From an uncultured bacterium (lineage in GTDB: Bacteria; Verrucomicrobiota; Verrucomicrobiia; Limisphaerales; UBA8199), in assembly GCA_963749495.1 (NCBI GenBank), contig CAVVMW010000021.1, forward strand, positions 96,001 through 160,000: 64,000 bases of DNA, given 5' to 3'. The position numbers and the translations under genes are program-made. The notes under the pieces are model-generated. The model saw nothing but the letters and a program-made list of their open reading frames with translations, made no database searches and was not told the origin of the DNA. Shown piece by piece: positions 42,921 to 53,982 of this stretch (position 1 is its first letter; each line of letters opens with the position of its first letter).

Positions 42921-45491
42921 ATGCCCCGCCGCCTCGCCTCTGTGACCCACACCGCCCCGCAAATCCCGCCGGCGCCGGCCGGAGTGAGGATGGCGCAATT
43001 GGACAACGGCCTGACGATCATCGTGCGCGAAGACCACACGGCGCCCGTGGTCTCGGCCCAGGCCTGGTGCATGGCCGGGAGCGCACACGAGGGCCGATGG
43101 CTCGGGCCGGCCTTTCCCACGTGCTCGAGCACATGCTTTTCAAGGGCACGACCACCCGCCCCGGCAGCCGCATTGACCATGAGGTCCAGGAGGCCGGCGG
43201 CTCCATGAATGCCTTTACCTCCTTCGACCGCACCGTCTATCACATCGATGTCCCCAATACCGGCCTCAACGTGGCCCTGGACATCCTCTGTGACATCATG
43301 CAGAACGCCACCCTGCCGGCCGAGGAGATGGACAAGGAAAAACAGGTCATCCTGCGCGAGATGGACATGAACGTGGACGACCCGAGCCGCCGGGCCAGCC
43401 GGCGCTTGTTCGAGACCGCCTACACCCGCAGCCCCTATCGGTTCACTGTTATCGGTTACCCGGACATCTTCAACGAGTTGAAGCCGGACGATATCCGGGC
43501 CTATTACCATGAAAAGTACGCCCCGAACAACGTCTTCTATGTCATTGTCGGCGATGTGACGGGCGACGAAGTCATGGCCCGCATCCGGGCGGCCTACTCG
43601 AAGGCCAAGGCGCGGGCGCTGTCGCCGGTGGTGCTCCCGGAGGAGCCCAGGCAGACTGCTCCGCGCGAAATCATCGAGGAGGCGCCGATCGCCCTGGGGC
43701 ACCTCCATTTGGCCTGGCACATCCCCGATGTGCGCCACCCCGATGTGCCGATGCTGGACGTCCTGGCGGCGCTGCTGGGCGCCGGCCACAGCTCGCGCCT
43801 CTACCGGGAAGTCCGCCAAAAGCAGGGCCTGGTCACCTCGGTCGATGCCTGGACCTACAGCCCCGGCAACCCGGGCCTCTTCGGCCTGAGCGCCACGGTC
43901 GAGCCGGACCAATTCCGCCCGGCGTGCGAGGCCCTGCTGGACGAGGTCCGGAAGATGAAGGCCGCGCCCGTTGCGCCCCAGGAATTGGGCAAGGCCGTCA
44001 AACAATTCTTCGCCGCCACCCTCGCCACCCGCAAAACCATGCAAGGCCAGGCCCAGGACCTGGGCGCCAACTGGCTGGCCGCCAACGACCTCAATTTCTC
44101 CGAACGCTACCTGGCCGCCGTGAAATCCGCGACTCCGGCGGACTTGCAGCGCGTCGCGCGGACCTGGCTGACGGCGGAAAACCGCACGCTCTATGCCCTG
44201 CTGCCACAGGGCACCGCTCCTGCCATTGCCCTGGCCGGTGAAACCGCCCAGGACCACGCCATGCAGAAGCTGGACCTGCCCAACGGCCTGCGCCTGCTCC
44301 TCAAAGAAGACCACCGGCTGCCGTTCGTCGAGTTTCGGGCCGTCTTCAAGGGCGGCCTCCTGGCCGAGACGGCCGACAACAACGGCCTGACCCAACTCAC
44401 GGGCAAAATGCTGCTCAAAGGCACGCGCACCCGTTCCGCCGACCAGATCGCCCTGAGCATCGAATCGGTCGGCGGCAGCCTCGACAGTTACGGCGGCAAC
44501 AACAGCTTCGGCGTCAATGCCGAAGTCCTCAGCGGCGACTTGGCCACCGGCCTGGACTTGGTCAGCGACGTCCTGCTCAACCCGGTCTTCCCGCCCGAGG
44601 CCCTCGAACGCGAACGCCAAGTGCAGTTGGCCGGCATCCGCGCCCAAAGGGACCACCTGCTCCAGAGCGCCTCCATGGCCATGCGCCGCGCCCTGTTCGG
44701 CCAGACCGGCTACGGCCTGGATTTCCTGGGCTCGGAAACCAGCGTCCGGACAATCCAGGCGCCCGACCTGGCCGCCTTCCACTCGAGATTGACGCGCCCC
44801 AATAATTGCGTCCTGGCCATCTGCGGCGACATCCAGCCGGGCGCGGTCCTGGCCGCCGTCAGGGGGGCCTTGGAAGGCTGGACACCGGGCCCCAACGCGG
44901 CGCTCCAAGGCGCAGAGCCCCGGCCCTCCCGCGAGAGCGCCCCCAGGCGCGTCACGGAAACCCGCGACAAAAAGCAGGCAGTCCTGGTCATCGGCTTCCC
45001 CGGCAGCACCCTGCACGACCCGGACCGCTACCCGCTGGAGCTGCATCCAGGAGGCCTGCAGCGACCTGGGCTCCCGCCTCTTCCTGCGCATCCGCGAAAG
45101 ACTGGGCCTGGCCTACTATGTCGGCGCCCAGAATTTCATTGGGCTGGTCCCCGGCTACTTCGCCTTCTATGCCGGTACGATGCCGGAGCAGGCCCGGCGC
45201 GTCGAAGAGGAACTCCTTGCCGAGGCCGAGCTGCTCCGCGCCCAGGGCCTTGCGGAAGAAGAACTCAGCCGCGCCAAGGCCAAGATCATTGGCCAAAGAA
45301 AGATCGCCCGCCAGGACCTCGGCACCGTGGCCACCACGGCTGCCCTGGACGAACTCTACGGCCTTGGCTATGCCTACTCGGACACAGAAGACGCCCTCTA
45401 CCAGGCCGTCACACTCGACCAAGTCAAGGCCGTCGCGCAAAAATACCTCAAACCGGAGGCCTCGGTCATCGCGGTGGTGAAGCCGGGGTAG
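42921..45491 (+). CDS. M16 (pitrilysin-like) zinc protease, two-domain (apparent frameshifts near 43105 and 45045)
   Basis: LDNGLTIIVREDH; SHVLEHMLFKG (HxxEH); NAFTSFDRT; second LPNGL module; GSRLF.RIRE.LGLAY in last frame. Confidence 0.92.
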
Positions 45492-45509
45492 GCACCGCGA
45501 TCCCGTCGC

Positions 45510-46405
45510 TCATTGTTCCACCAGTTCCGCCGCGGCGGCATTGGCAGACACCTGTGAGGGGTCTTTGCAACCGGGGATGACGGCTGAAACGGCCGGGTTT
45601 TTGAGGCACCAGGCAAGCGCCCATTGGGCCATGGGCACGCCCGCCGGGACTTCGGCCTGGGCCAGGCGCTGTGCTGCATCGAGGTCATTGCGCAGCCTGC
45701 CCGCATCGAAGGTCGCCCGCACGTCGTTGGGCTGGAACGTGGCGCCGGGGCGGTACTTTCCGCTGAGCAATCCGCTGGCCAGCGGCACCCGCGCCAGGAT
45801 GCCCAGGTTGTCGCGCTGCGCGTGTGGGAAGTAAAGTTGCTCGGGGCGGCGATCCAGGCGGTTGTAAATGACCTGCAAGGCCTCCGCCCCGGCGCGACGC
45901 GCCTGGCGCGCCTGGTGTTCGCTGCCCTTGCCCATGATCGAGATGCCCAGGTGGCGGACCTTGCCGGCGCGGACCTGGTCGGCCAGCATGGCCCACAGTT
46001 CCGCGTTGTCAAAGGCCTGGTCCGGGCCGGAGTGGAACTGGAAGAGGTCTATGGCGTCCGTGCGCAGCGACCGCAGGGAGGCCTCGAGCTGGCCGCGCAC
46101 GCCCGCCGGGGAGAAGTCGTCCGCGCGGTCCATGAATTTGCGGAAGTGGTGCCCGAACTTGGTCGCCACCACCCACGCGCGCGGTCGTGCCGCGCCAGGT
46201 AATCGCCGAGCATCCGCTCCGAAAGATGCTCCCCGTAACACTCGGCCGTGTCCACCAGGTTGATGCCCAACTCCGCCGCCCGGTCCAATATCGCATCAAC
46301 GTCCCCTTGCGAATAGGAGCGTCCCCACTCGCCGCCGAACTGCCACGTCCCGAGGCCAACCACCGACACCCGCAGACCCGTGCTGCCAAGAACTCGATAA
46401 TGCAT
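45510..46405 (-). CDS. Aldo/keto reductase (apparent frameshift near 46180)
   Basis: YRVLGSTGLRVS..GLGTWQFGG, DTAECYG; VATKFG, IDLFQFH, PLASGLLSGK. Confidence 0.92.
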
Positions 46406-46417
46406 AAGACAGTTTAA

Positions 46418-46476
46418 TCCCTTGTGTCCCTTATGTCCCTTATGTCGCTTATGTCGCTTATGTCCCTTTAGTCCCT
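46418..46476. repeat. 9-bp tandem repeat (TCCCTTATG) about 6.5 units
   Basis: Related short tracts at ~1641-1665 and ~53824-53839. Confidence 0.85.
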
Positions 46477-47085
46477 CTTCTGAAAGGGGCTGAACCAGAG
46501 GCACAGCCGGTGGCCGCGTCCGGTCAGAAGCCACGCGCAGAAGACCATGAGCAGGCAGTTCTCGACCAGCTTGTTGCAGGCGAAGACCTCGCCCGTGCCG
46601 CAGCCGCAATCGAACTTGACCAGGCACAGCGGCGTGGCGCTTGCCGCAGCCAGGACCAGAGCGCGCTTGAGCACCAGGGGGGTGAAGGCCGTGAGCATGA
46701 GCAAGAGCATCAAGGCGGACCCGCGCACGGCGATGCCGGCCAGCAGGAGCAGCCCGCAAAAGACCTCGAACCACGGGAGGCCGGCGGCGATGAGGTTGAG
46801 CAGATAGGGGTTGCTGACCATCTCGTATTGGCGCACCAGCTTCAGGAACAAATCCGGGTGCAGGGCCTTGTGGAGACCCATGTACACGAACAACAGTCCG
46901 ACCAGCCAACGGCCCAATACTGCGCCGGCCTCCAGCAGCGCGGCCTTCCGGGACGCCGAGGCCCCCGAGCGCACGGGCATTCTGCCGCCTAAAGGCGGCG
47001 TTCCGGTTGGCTGGGGAACGCCGCCTTTAGGCGGCAGAATTTCCGGGCTCCCGGTTTCCGTCGTTGAATCTCGCGCTTCGGGCAT
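46468..47085 (-). CDS. MauE/DoxX family membrane protein (start may be 46980)
   Basis: GLLFVYMGLHK, LPWFEVFCGLLL, DCGCG. Confidence 0.82.
   Translation of the reverse strand: MPEARDSTTETGSPEILPPKGGVPQPTGTPPLGGRMPVRSGASASRKAALLEAGAVLGRWLVGLLFVYMGLHKALHPDLFLKLVRQYEMVSNPYLLNLIAAGLPWFEVFCGLLLLAGIAVRGSALMLLLMLTAFTPLVLKRALVLAAASATPLCLVKFDCGCGTGEVFACNKLVENCLLMVFCAWLLTGRGHRLCLWFSPFQKRD
46979..47040. repeat. 26-bp perfect inverted repeat with self-palindromic arms (GCCGCCTAAAGGCGGC)
   Basis: 46979-47004 / 47015-47040. Confidence 0.9.
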
Positions 47086-47136
47086 TGCAGCTCAGTTCAG
47101 TTCAGTTCGGTTCGGAGCCAACTCCGGGCCTCGGAT

Positions 47137-47748
47137 TCATTTCGAGAGTTGGCCGCTCAGGCGCGGGCCGGCCTCGACGGGCAGGCCGTTGGTACACCAT
47201 TCAGTGATGCCGCCCACGTACACGAACAGGTTCGTATTGGGCACCAGGTGCAGGTCGTCTCGCAGTGTTCGGGCGGTCTGCATGCTGTCATCGCACTGAT
47301 CCCCGCCGTGGCAATAGACGACAACCTGCGGAGCAACCTGGCAGGCCTCCATGACCGTGCCGATGTATTTTCCCTGGTAAGGGTTGTAGAACTCGAAGGC
47401 CCCGGGGATGTGGCCGTGCTGGTAGTCCTCCTGGTCGCGGGCATCGATGAAGATCACCAGCCCCGCCTCGCGCCGCGGGTCATTGTACAACTGCGAGACA
47501 CGGTTGCTGTCAACCAGTTGAAAGCCTTCGGCCTTGAGCTGGGCGGTAACACGTTCGATGGAGGAGTTGGTGAGGAGCGTAGCCGCGCCGGGGTTGAGGT
47601 TCGTAGCGGCAACGTCGTGGGCCTGGCGCCCCTGGTGAAAGTAATCGAGGTCGAGCTTGAGGCCGTGCGGCGACAGGGCGTTGGCAGCAAAGGCCACCGC
47701 GGCGCCGATGGCCGCGACCCACAAGCCCTCGAGCAGAATCTTTTTCAC
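47137..47748 (-). CDS. Rhodanese-like domain protein with N-terminal membrane anchor (start uncertain)
   Basis: FIDAR...YQHGHIPGA, VVYCHGG, YVGGITEW..NGLPVE. Confidence 0.85.
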   Translation of the reverse strand: MKKILLEGLWVAAIGAAVAFAANALSPHGLKLDLDYFHQGRQAHDVAATNLNPGAATLLTNSSIERVTAQLKAEGFQLVDSNRVSQLYNDPRREAGLVIFIDARDQEDYQHGHIPGAFEFYNPYQGKYIGTVMEACQVAPQVVVYCHGGDQCDDSMQTARTLRDDLHLVPNTNLFVYVGGITEWCTNGLPVEAGPRLSGQLSK

Positions 47749-47806
47749 CTCCTTGGAATCGCACACGGGGACCTTGAACCGGACGGGCGTCGCCAGGGGC
47801 GACAGC

Positions 47807-47892
47807 GTTTTGGACTGCGGTCCCGATGCATCGGGACCGCTTTTTGGAGCGTGGGGACGCCAGAGCGCCGGAGGACTGGCGCAGTCCAAAAC
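47807..47892. repeat. REP-like palindrome GTTTTGGACTGCG / CGCAGTCCAAAAC
   Basis: 13-bp inverted termini with inner hairpins. Confidence 0.75.
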
Positions 47893-47911
47893 CTTCGGGC
47901 TTGGCCGCGGC

Positions 47912-49282
47912 TCATGGAGAATTGACAGTGGGCGGGGGAGGCGGGGGCAGGGGCGGCGGCGGCGGCGGCAGCGCGTTGGTCGAGTCTCCGGAATCAGTAT
48001 TGTCGGGAGTCGGTCGTCCCCCGAAACGCGCGGGAGGGGAGCCCCTCGGATTTGGCGTGGCGGTGAACATGGCCGGCCGGGGCGGCTGCGGCATGATCGC
48101 GGCGGGAGAGGGTGTGAGCGGGGCCGGCCGTTTCAGGACCACTGCTGGCGCGGGCTGACGCGGCGGCTGGAGGATCGGAACTTTAACCAGCGGGAAGCTT
48201 GGATTGGACGTCTTGACGGTAAAGGCGGCGGCTTGGCCCGCCGCCAATTCAAACCCGGTCGGGAACCTGAGCAGGACGGTGAAGTATTTCCCCGGCTGGC
48301 TCTCGGTCACGGTGATGTCCACGATCTTGTCCACGCCTTTGGCATCCACGGCAGGCTCGGACAAGGTGATCGGGTTGGTGCAGTTGTTGATGATGGTCAC
48401 AAAGGCCTGTTGATTTGTCACCAGAGGGCCCTGGCGCAGGGGTATGCCCAGCGGCACGACATTGATCGGCGGCTGGGAGTTGGCCCAGACGGTGAGGGAG
48501 AGGACGGGGTGGTTCGTGAGCGAGGTCTTGAGGGTGACGATGCCTTGGGCGCTGCCAGGAGGCAGGGCCGTGGAATTCGACACAACGACGGTGTAATACC
48601 GTCCCAGTACGTTGGTCTGGAGAGCCGCGCCAAAGTTGGTATTGCTGCACTCGGGCGGGGAGAGGATCATAAGTTGCTCGAGACCGTTGGTAATGCGGGA
48701 GGAAGCGGAGGCGAACGGGGAATCCGGCCGGACCATGAGGGCCACGCTCGGGGGAAACATATTGATAGGCTTCCATACGGTTCCCTTGAGCTGGAGCATG
48801 AACACGCCTCCCGGCTGGGTCCGGTCGTTGCAAGTGACCGTCAGGAACTTGACGACGGGGACGTTGTAGTTGCCCGTCCTGAACACGAAGGGGATAGCGC
48901 CCGACTCGCCCGGCTTGGCCCGGTGCGTCCAGTCACCGACCACGGTGCAGCCGCAGATGCCCTGGGCGTTGGTGACAATCAAGTCCTGGGCGCCGGTGTT
49001 GGTGAAGTAAAAGGTGTGTTTGACGTCCTCGCTGGCGACCACCTTGCCGAAGTCATAGACCGCACTGTCGAACTTCATTCTTGGCCCCGAGTAGTTCGTC
49101 GGAGAGAGGGCGGCCCCAACTTGCCCTGGGACCGGAGGGATCTGCGGGGCAGGCCTGGCCAGCGGCAGCCCCGGGGTGGCGCTGGGCGCCGACGGCAGGG
49201 CTGGCGGCTCCATCGCCAACGCGACGGTTCCGATGGCCAGCATCGAAACGGCGCAAGTCGTATTCCTGATCAGTTTGCTCAT
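47912..49282 (-). CDS. Secreted DUF1573-domain (Ig-like) protein with Pro-rich termini
   Basis: YDFGKV...HTFYFTNTG..DL...CGCT, PGESG. Confidence 0.82.
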   Translation of the reverse strand: MSKLIRNTTCAVSMLAIGTVALAMEPPALPSAPSATPGLPLARPAPQIPPVPGQVGAALSPTNYSGPRMKFDSAVYDFGKVVASEDVKHTFYFTNTGAQDLIVTNAQGICGCTVVGDWTHRAKPGESGAIPFVFRTGNYNVPVVKFLTVTCNDRTQPGGVFMLQLKGTVWKPINMFPPSVALMVRPDSPFASASSRITNGLEQLMILSPPECSNTNFGAALQTNVLGRYYTVVVSNSTALPPGSAQGIVTLKTSLTNHPVLSLTVWANSQPPINVVPLGIPLRQGPLVTNQQAFVTIINNCTNPITLSEPAVDAKGVDKIVDITVTESQPGKYFTVLLRFPTGFELAAGQAAAFTVKTSNPSFPLVKVPILQPPRQPAPAVVLKRPAPLTPSPAAIMPQPPRPAMFTATPNPRGSPPARFGGRPTPDNTDSGDSTNALPPPPPPLPPPPPPTVNSP

Positions 49283-49337
49283 AGGCAGATTTAACCTTCT
49301 GGAGTATCCCACAAACCCTCCCTGATGCAAAGCCAAT

Positions 49338-50594
49338 TTAGACATCCACATCCAATTGGTTGGCCAGGCCGGCGAGGTCATCGCCTGAGCCAGGCAGGCA
49401 GCTTAAGAGCCTGGGCAGGCGCCCGCGCACCCAATCGCCGGTAGTGGTCCTGGCCTTGAGTCCGCCAGAAAGGCCCAGCAGGCGCCCCCATTCAGCCTGG
49501 CACTGGCGCTCATAATCGTCCAGCAGGTCCAGCGGGCCGTCCTGGCGCAGGATTCTTTGGAGGCGGCCGGCCAGGGCCTGCGCCTCGCACAAGCCCACGT
49601 TCATGCTCTGGGCCCCGACCGGGCCGGTCTGGTGGGCGGCGTCGCCGGCCAGCCAGCACCGGTCCTGGCCGAAGCGCCGGGCCAATCGCTGCTCGAAGAC
49701 GACATTGGTACACCAGGTCACTTGCTGGACGCGGGTTGAGAACCACGGCGCCCGCTGGCTGCCCACCCGCTGGACGTATTGGCGGAGATTCTCGTCCACG
49801 GTCTTCCGCTCCAGGTGCACCGCCCGCCGCTCTTTCTCGGGAAACTCGGGAAGGATTTCGGACTTGACCAACTGGAACGTCCATCGGCCCCGGTTGCCCG
49901 CCAGCGGCCAGAGCACATTGGTTGTCCCCTGGTCCAGCACCACCCGCACTTCGTTTTCCGCCGGGGCATCCCCCTCGAACTCGTAGGCGGCAAAGTAGGT
50001 TGGGCCGGCCAGGTGCCTGTAATCCATGCCCAGGCGCTGGCGCACCAGGGAGTTGTAGCCGTCGGCCCCGACCAGGAAGCGGGCGCGGACGCATAATTGC
50101 CTGACCACCACCGTCTCCCAATGCGGGACGATGTAACCGGTGGAGGTGCCGCCCAACTCCTGGACCGTGACGGACACCGCCTGGTCCTCGGCCTCGCAGG
50201 CCTCGAACCGGTGGTTCCAGCCCACGCCCAGCCCGGTCTTGCGGCGCAGCCGCTCTTCGAGGGTCTCTTCGAGGAGGTTTTGCGGCAGAATCAACAGAAA
50301 CGGGAAGCGGCCCCCGGCCTGGTCGAGCCGGAGCTGGGCCCGCCGCTGCGGCCCGTCATAGAAGGCGACCGTCTCGACCCGCCGGCCCCGCTCGATCAGC
50401 TCCTCGGCCAGCCCAAGCCGGTCCAGCAGCCCCATCGTGCGCGGGTGCAGGGCGCAGGCATAACTGCGCGTCGCTGTGCGCTCCTCCCGGTCAACAATCC
50501 GGACCTCCAGGCCGGCCTCTGCCATCGCCAGGGCCGCCAGCAATCCCACCGGCCCGGCGCCCACCACCAATACCTCGGTTCTTTCTTCACGCAT
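49338..50594 (-). CDS. FAD-dependent monooxygenase (FAD_binding_3)
   Basis: VVGAGPVG, VGADGYNS.VR, LAGDAAHQTGPVGAQSMN. Confidence 0.9.
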   Translation of the reverse strand: MREERTEVLVVGAGPVGLLAALAMAEAGLEVRIVDREERTATRSYACALHPRTMGLLDRLGLAEELIERGRRVETVAFYDGPQRRAQLRLDQAGGRFPFLLILPQNLLEETLEERLRRKTGLGVGWNHRFEACEAEDQAVSVTVQELGGTSTGYIVPHWETVVVRQLCVRARFLVGADGYNSLVRQRLGMDYRHLAGPTYFAAYEFEGDAPAENEVRVVLDQGTTNVLWPLAGNRGRWTFQLVKSEILPEFPEKERRAVHLERKTVDENLRQYVQRVGSQRAPWFSTRVQQVTWCTNVVFEQRLARRFGQDRCWLAGDAAHQTGPVGAQSMNVGLCEAQALAGRLQRILRQDGPLDLLDDYERQCQAEWGRLLGLSGGLKARTTTGDWVRGRLPRLLSCLPGSGDDLAGLANQLDVDV

Positions 50595-50622
50595 GTCCAA
50601 TCAACTCCTCAGGGGCTATCCA

Positions 50623-50796
50623 GGGCGCAGCCTGACACTGCCCCCGGAGTGCGCCCGTCCCCGGGCGCAGCAGCGACGGAGCGGGCAGGCGCGCTGGGGT
50701 GTTTGACCGCTGCCCTGGCTCCGGACGTCGCTGCGCCCGGGGACGGGCGCACTCCAGCCCGGCCCCCGGTGGTGGGGGCAGTGTCAGGATGCGCCC
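50623..50796. repeat. Nested long inverted-repeat element
   Basis: Inner 26-bp IR 50646-50671 / 50730-50755; outer IR 50623-50645 / 50774-50796. Confidence 0.88.
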
Positions 50797-50889
50797 GGCG
50801 ATCCATCTGCACAGGCTACATGCTCGAAAATAGCCCAGGGCGTTCAAAAAGTCATGGCAGAAAAAATTCTGCTTTTTTGCAAACAGGTG

Positions 50890-50919
50890 TTGACAAGACC
50901 CCCCGATTTTTATACAAAT
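50890..50919 (+). promoter_or_regulatory. Sigma70-like promoter
   Basis: TTGACA 50890-50895, 17 bp, TACAAAT, in an AT-rich patch. Confidence 0.55.
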
Positions 50920-50923
50920 TGGG

Positions 50924-51007
50924 GTGGTTCGGGTAGCGGATCGTTTTCCTTCAGCGGGATTCCCCATCCCCACCTCCTTGGCGAACCGTTGCCCGAACCG
51001 CTTTTTT
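50924..51007 (+). ncRNA. Candidate small RNA (single long hairpin with C-rich anti-SD loop and U6 tail)
   Basis: Stem 50924-50943 / 50982-51001 with G-U pairs; loop contains CACCTCCTT; TTTTTT 51002-51007. Confidence 0.45.
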
Positions 51008-51123
51008 CTCCCAACCACCTCTACTGCGACGGACCCGCAGTGGGGCGCATCCCGACGCTGCCGCCGACGCCGAAGGGCCGGAGCGCCGGCTGAAGCCGGC
51101 TTTGGACGGTCAGTTAAGGTCTT

Positions 51124-51430
51124 TCAGGCCGGCTGAGATTCCCACTGCCGAGCGCGCACGGTCAAAACTTGGGAATACGTGGGCCAATCGTGAAGAGTCT
51201 CAGGGTCGAAATCCGCACCGTTGGGCCATACCACCGTGCGCGCGTCCGCATCGATCTTGACCTCGTTGAAGAGCGAGAGCTCGCGCAAGGGGCCGTACAA
51301 TTCGCCCGCCAACACCGGCTTGAAGTTCGATGGCCTGCTCCGTCTGGTCATCGAACTTCAGCAGCAGGCTGTACGGGCCGGTAATTTGGAGCGATTCAAC
51401 CTTATAAATGCGGTGCGGCATGGAACTCAT
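51124..51430 (-). CDS. DUF2442 family protein (apparent frameshift near 51328)
   Basis: YSLLLKFDDQTEQ then FKPVLAGELYGPLR...TVVWPNGADFDPETL. Confidence 0.8.
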
Positions 51431-51483
51431 CTCAACGGTTCAATCGGCAGCGGTCGGCCACCCGACTGCAACCTGCTCCAATT
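51427..51483 (-). pseudogene. C-terminal remnant of a DUF4160-like partner gene
   Basis: NWSRLQSGGRPLPIEPLR*; stop overlaps the DUF2442 start as ATGA. Confidence 0.6.
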
Positions 51484-53777
51484 CTATCGGGACGGAGCTG
51501 AGGGGTCGAAGGTGGCCTCGGTCTTGACCGCCTGTGAGGTTTTGCCCAAACGGATCTCGTCGCTGCCAAAGGCGTGGTACACCCTGACGCGGTGCGACGC
51601 GGAGAGGGGCTGCTGATCGAGGCTGCGGAGAGTGAACAGGGGCGGGGACTCATAGCGGGTGCCAGCCCAGCTCGAGGCGTGGAAGGCGATGAAGGTGGGG
51701 GACTCGACGAGGAATCCGCCGGGCGGCAGGGCGATGTTGCCGCCGAGCTTGGAGGCGCAATCGAATGGAGCAGCGCCCGCATTGACGATGACCTCGACGG
51801 CGTTGTTGCCCTCGCCGAAGACGGTGCGTTGGACTTTGCGATCCGGAGTGAGGAATTGGTGGCGGGTCATAGGCAGGCGCGCCGTCAATTGGTTGAGCGG
51901 GCAGAGGACCTCGCAGGTGTTCTTGATGAAACGGTCCATCGGGTGCAGGCCCTCGGCCCAGCCGCCGTCGGCCCGCGTGAACAGAGCGGGGTCGCCGCCG
52001 CTGGGCCGTCGGGCGTTGCGGCCGGGTCTGGGGTCTGGCCTCGCGCTTCCAATAAAGGTGGGCCGGGATCGAGTGGTAATTGAGCGGCCGGCCCAGGCTG
52101 ATGTGGTAGAGGACATAGCCGGCGGCGCGTTGCGGGTCGTAGCCGTACTTGCCGTACATGGCGATGCAGTCGCGATAGACCAGTTCGAAAAGCGGCACCA
52201 CACTGGCGCCCAGTTTGCCCGTCAACCCGGCGTCGTGATAATAGCCGCCGCTGACGCCGGTGAGGCCCTCGAAGAAATCGCTGTGGGGAATCGCCCATTC
52301 CCGTCCGCACTCGCTGCCGAAGACGCCGAAGACCTGGCGGGCGTAATCCGAGAGGGCCTGCTTCCACTTCATGTCGTCGGCGCGGGTAAGCGGGTGGGCC
52401 GGGTCAAAGCACTCCTGGAGGCCGGCGGCGTAGGTGGTGTCGATGAAATAAGCATTTGCGCCGCAGAGCTTCTTGACGGCCGGGAGGTTTTGCGGGCGCC
52501 TGGCCAGGTCCAGGGCCATCTGGGAGCAGGTCAGGAAGGCCATGCCCCCGGCCCAATGACCGCCGCGCGCCAGTTTGCCGTCGAGGGTCTTCATGACGTA
52601 CTTTTCGTCCCAGGAAGGTGAATCGCGGTAGATGTCCTGGTAGTTGTCGTGCAGGCAGTAGAGATAGCCCAGGTCCATGACGCGCCGGGCGCAATCGGCA
52701 AAGGCCGCGTCGCCGCCGCACTCCGGGGCCGTGGGCAGGATGTCGGGGTGCTGGTTATCGTAGCCGCGATGTATCCAGCCGCCCACGGTGAAGAGGACCC
52801 GGTCCAGCTTGAGGTCGCGTTTGAAGTGCTCGGCCACCTGGGCCGCCTCGTCGAAGGTCCAATTCACCCGCGCGGACTCTTCGCGGGTGCTCTCCTCGTT
52901 CATACTCCGGCTCAGGGCGCTCCAGAGCTTGATATTGGCGGCGCCGAAGAGCTTTTCGCGTTCCGGGTTGGTCTTGAGCTTTTCGTCCCAGGTGACCAGC
53001 AGACCCTTTTGCCGGGCCACCTGGCGATAGGCCTGGGCAACGGAGACATAATCGCCTGGGCCCAGGAACGTGACGCGAAATGACCTGGCCGATTTGCCGA
53101 GCGCCAGCGAGGGGGAGAGCCTTTGGCCGGAGGAGCCTCCGCCCTCCTGGACTACGCTCTTGAGCTCGGCCGCCACATACGGATCGTCCCAGGCGACCAA
53201 AGCGGCCGCGCCTTCTTTCACGACCCCCAGCATTTCCATGTGGCAGCCCTCGTAGGCATAGGTGTCGAAGCGGTGGGTGAAGTTCAACCCGCTGTCGGCC
53301 GGCACCAGCAGGCCCTCGCGCGCGGGCACCGCCACATAACCTTTGTCCGTGCCGTTGACCCCCAGCACGTCCTCGAGGAGCGTGATGGCCGCCACGTCCA
53401 GGCCCGGGTCAGCCTCCCAGGCCAGCTCGAGTGTTTTTTGGTCTCCCAGGGCGCGGGCGCGGACCCGGAGCAGGGACGCCCTCTGGCCTTCGAGCGGCGC
53501 AAATGAGGCGACCAGCTCGTTGCCGCCAGCCGTTTCCACCGCGCACCGGACCAGGTTCAAGCCGGCGGGACTGGTCCCCAGCTCCCAGGCTCACCTGGCC
53601 GAAGCGGGCGTGGTTGGTCTGGGCGCGCCAAGTCACGCCAGCTTGCTTGTCCAGGATTTCGCACCGCCCATCCGCGCCCGAAAGCGCGAAACGGAAGAAC
53701 GGGGTTTCAAGCTGCGCGGCCCAGCCGCCAACGGTGGCCAGGAGCGTTGCTGTAACGAGCAGCAGGGGCTGTTTCAT
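51484..53777 (-). CDS. Secreted DUF5696-like putative glycoside hydrolase (apparent frameshifts near 53570 and ~52000-52060)
   Basis: GWIHRGYDNQHPD, LHDNYQD, YFIDT, GSECG, VPLFELVYRDC; three ORFs join. Confidence 0.72.
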
Positions 53778-53982
53778 AAGCTTCAGGGCGTGGAGCGTGG
53801 CACACGGGCGCGGATCCGTTGCGTCCCTTATGTCCCTTGAATTGGCTCCATACTTTGTGTGCCATGAGAGAACATGAACGACTGAATTTTGCCAGCCAAA
53901 TCTTTCTATTTTAATTGACTTCCTTCCTCGCAAAGGCGAAAAAACGGACGCGTTGTGAAATCCTGAAAGGATACACTGACTC

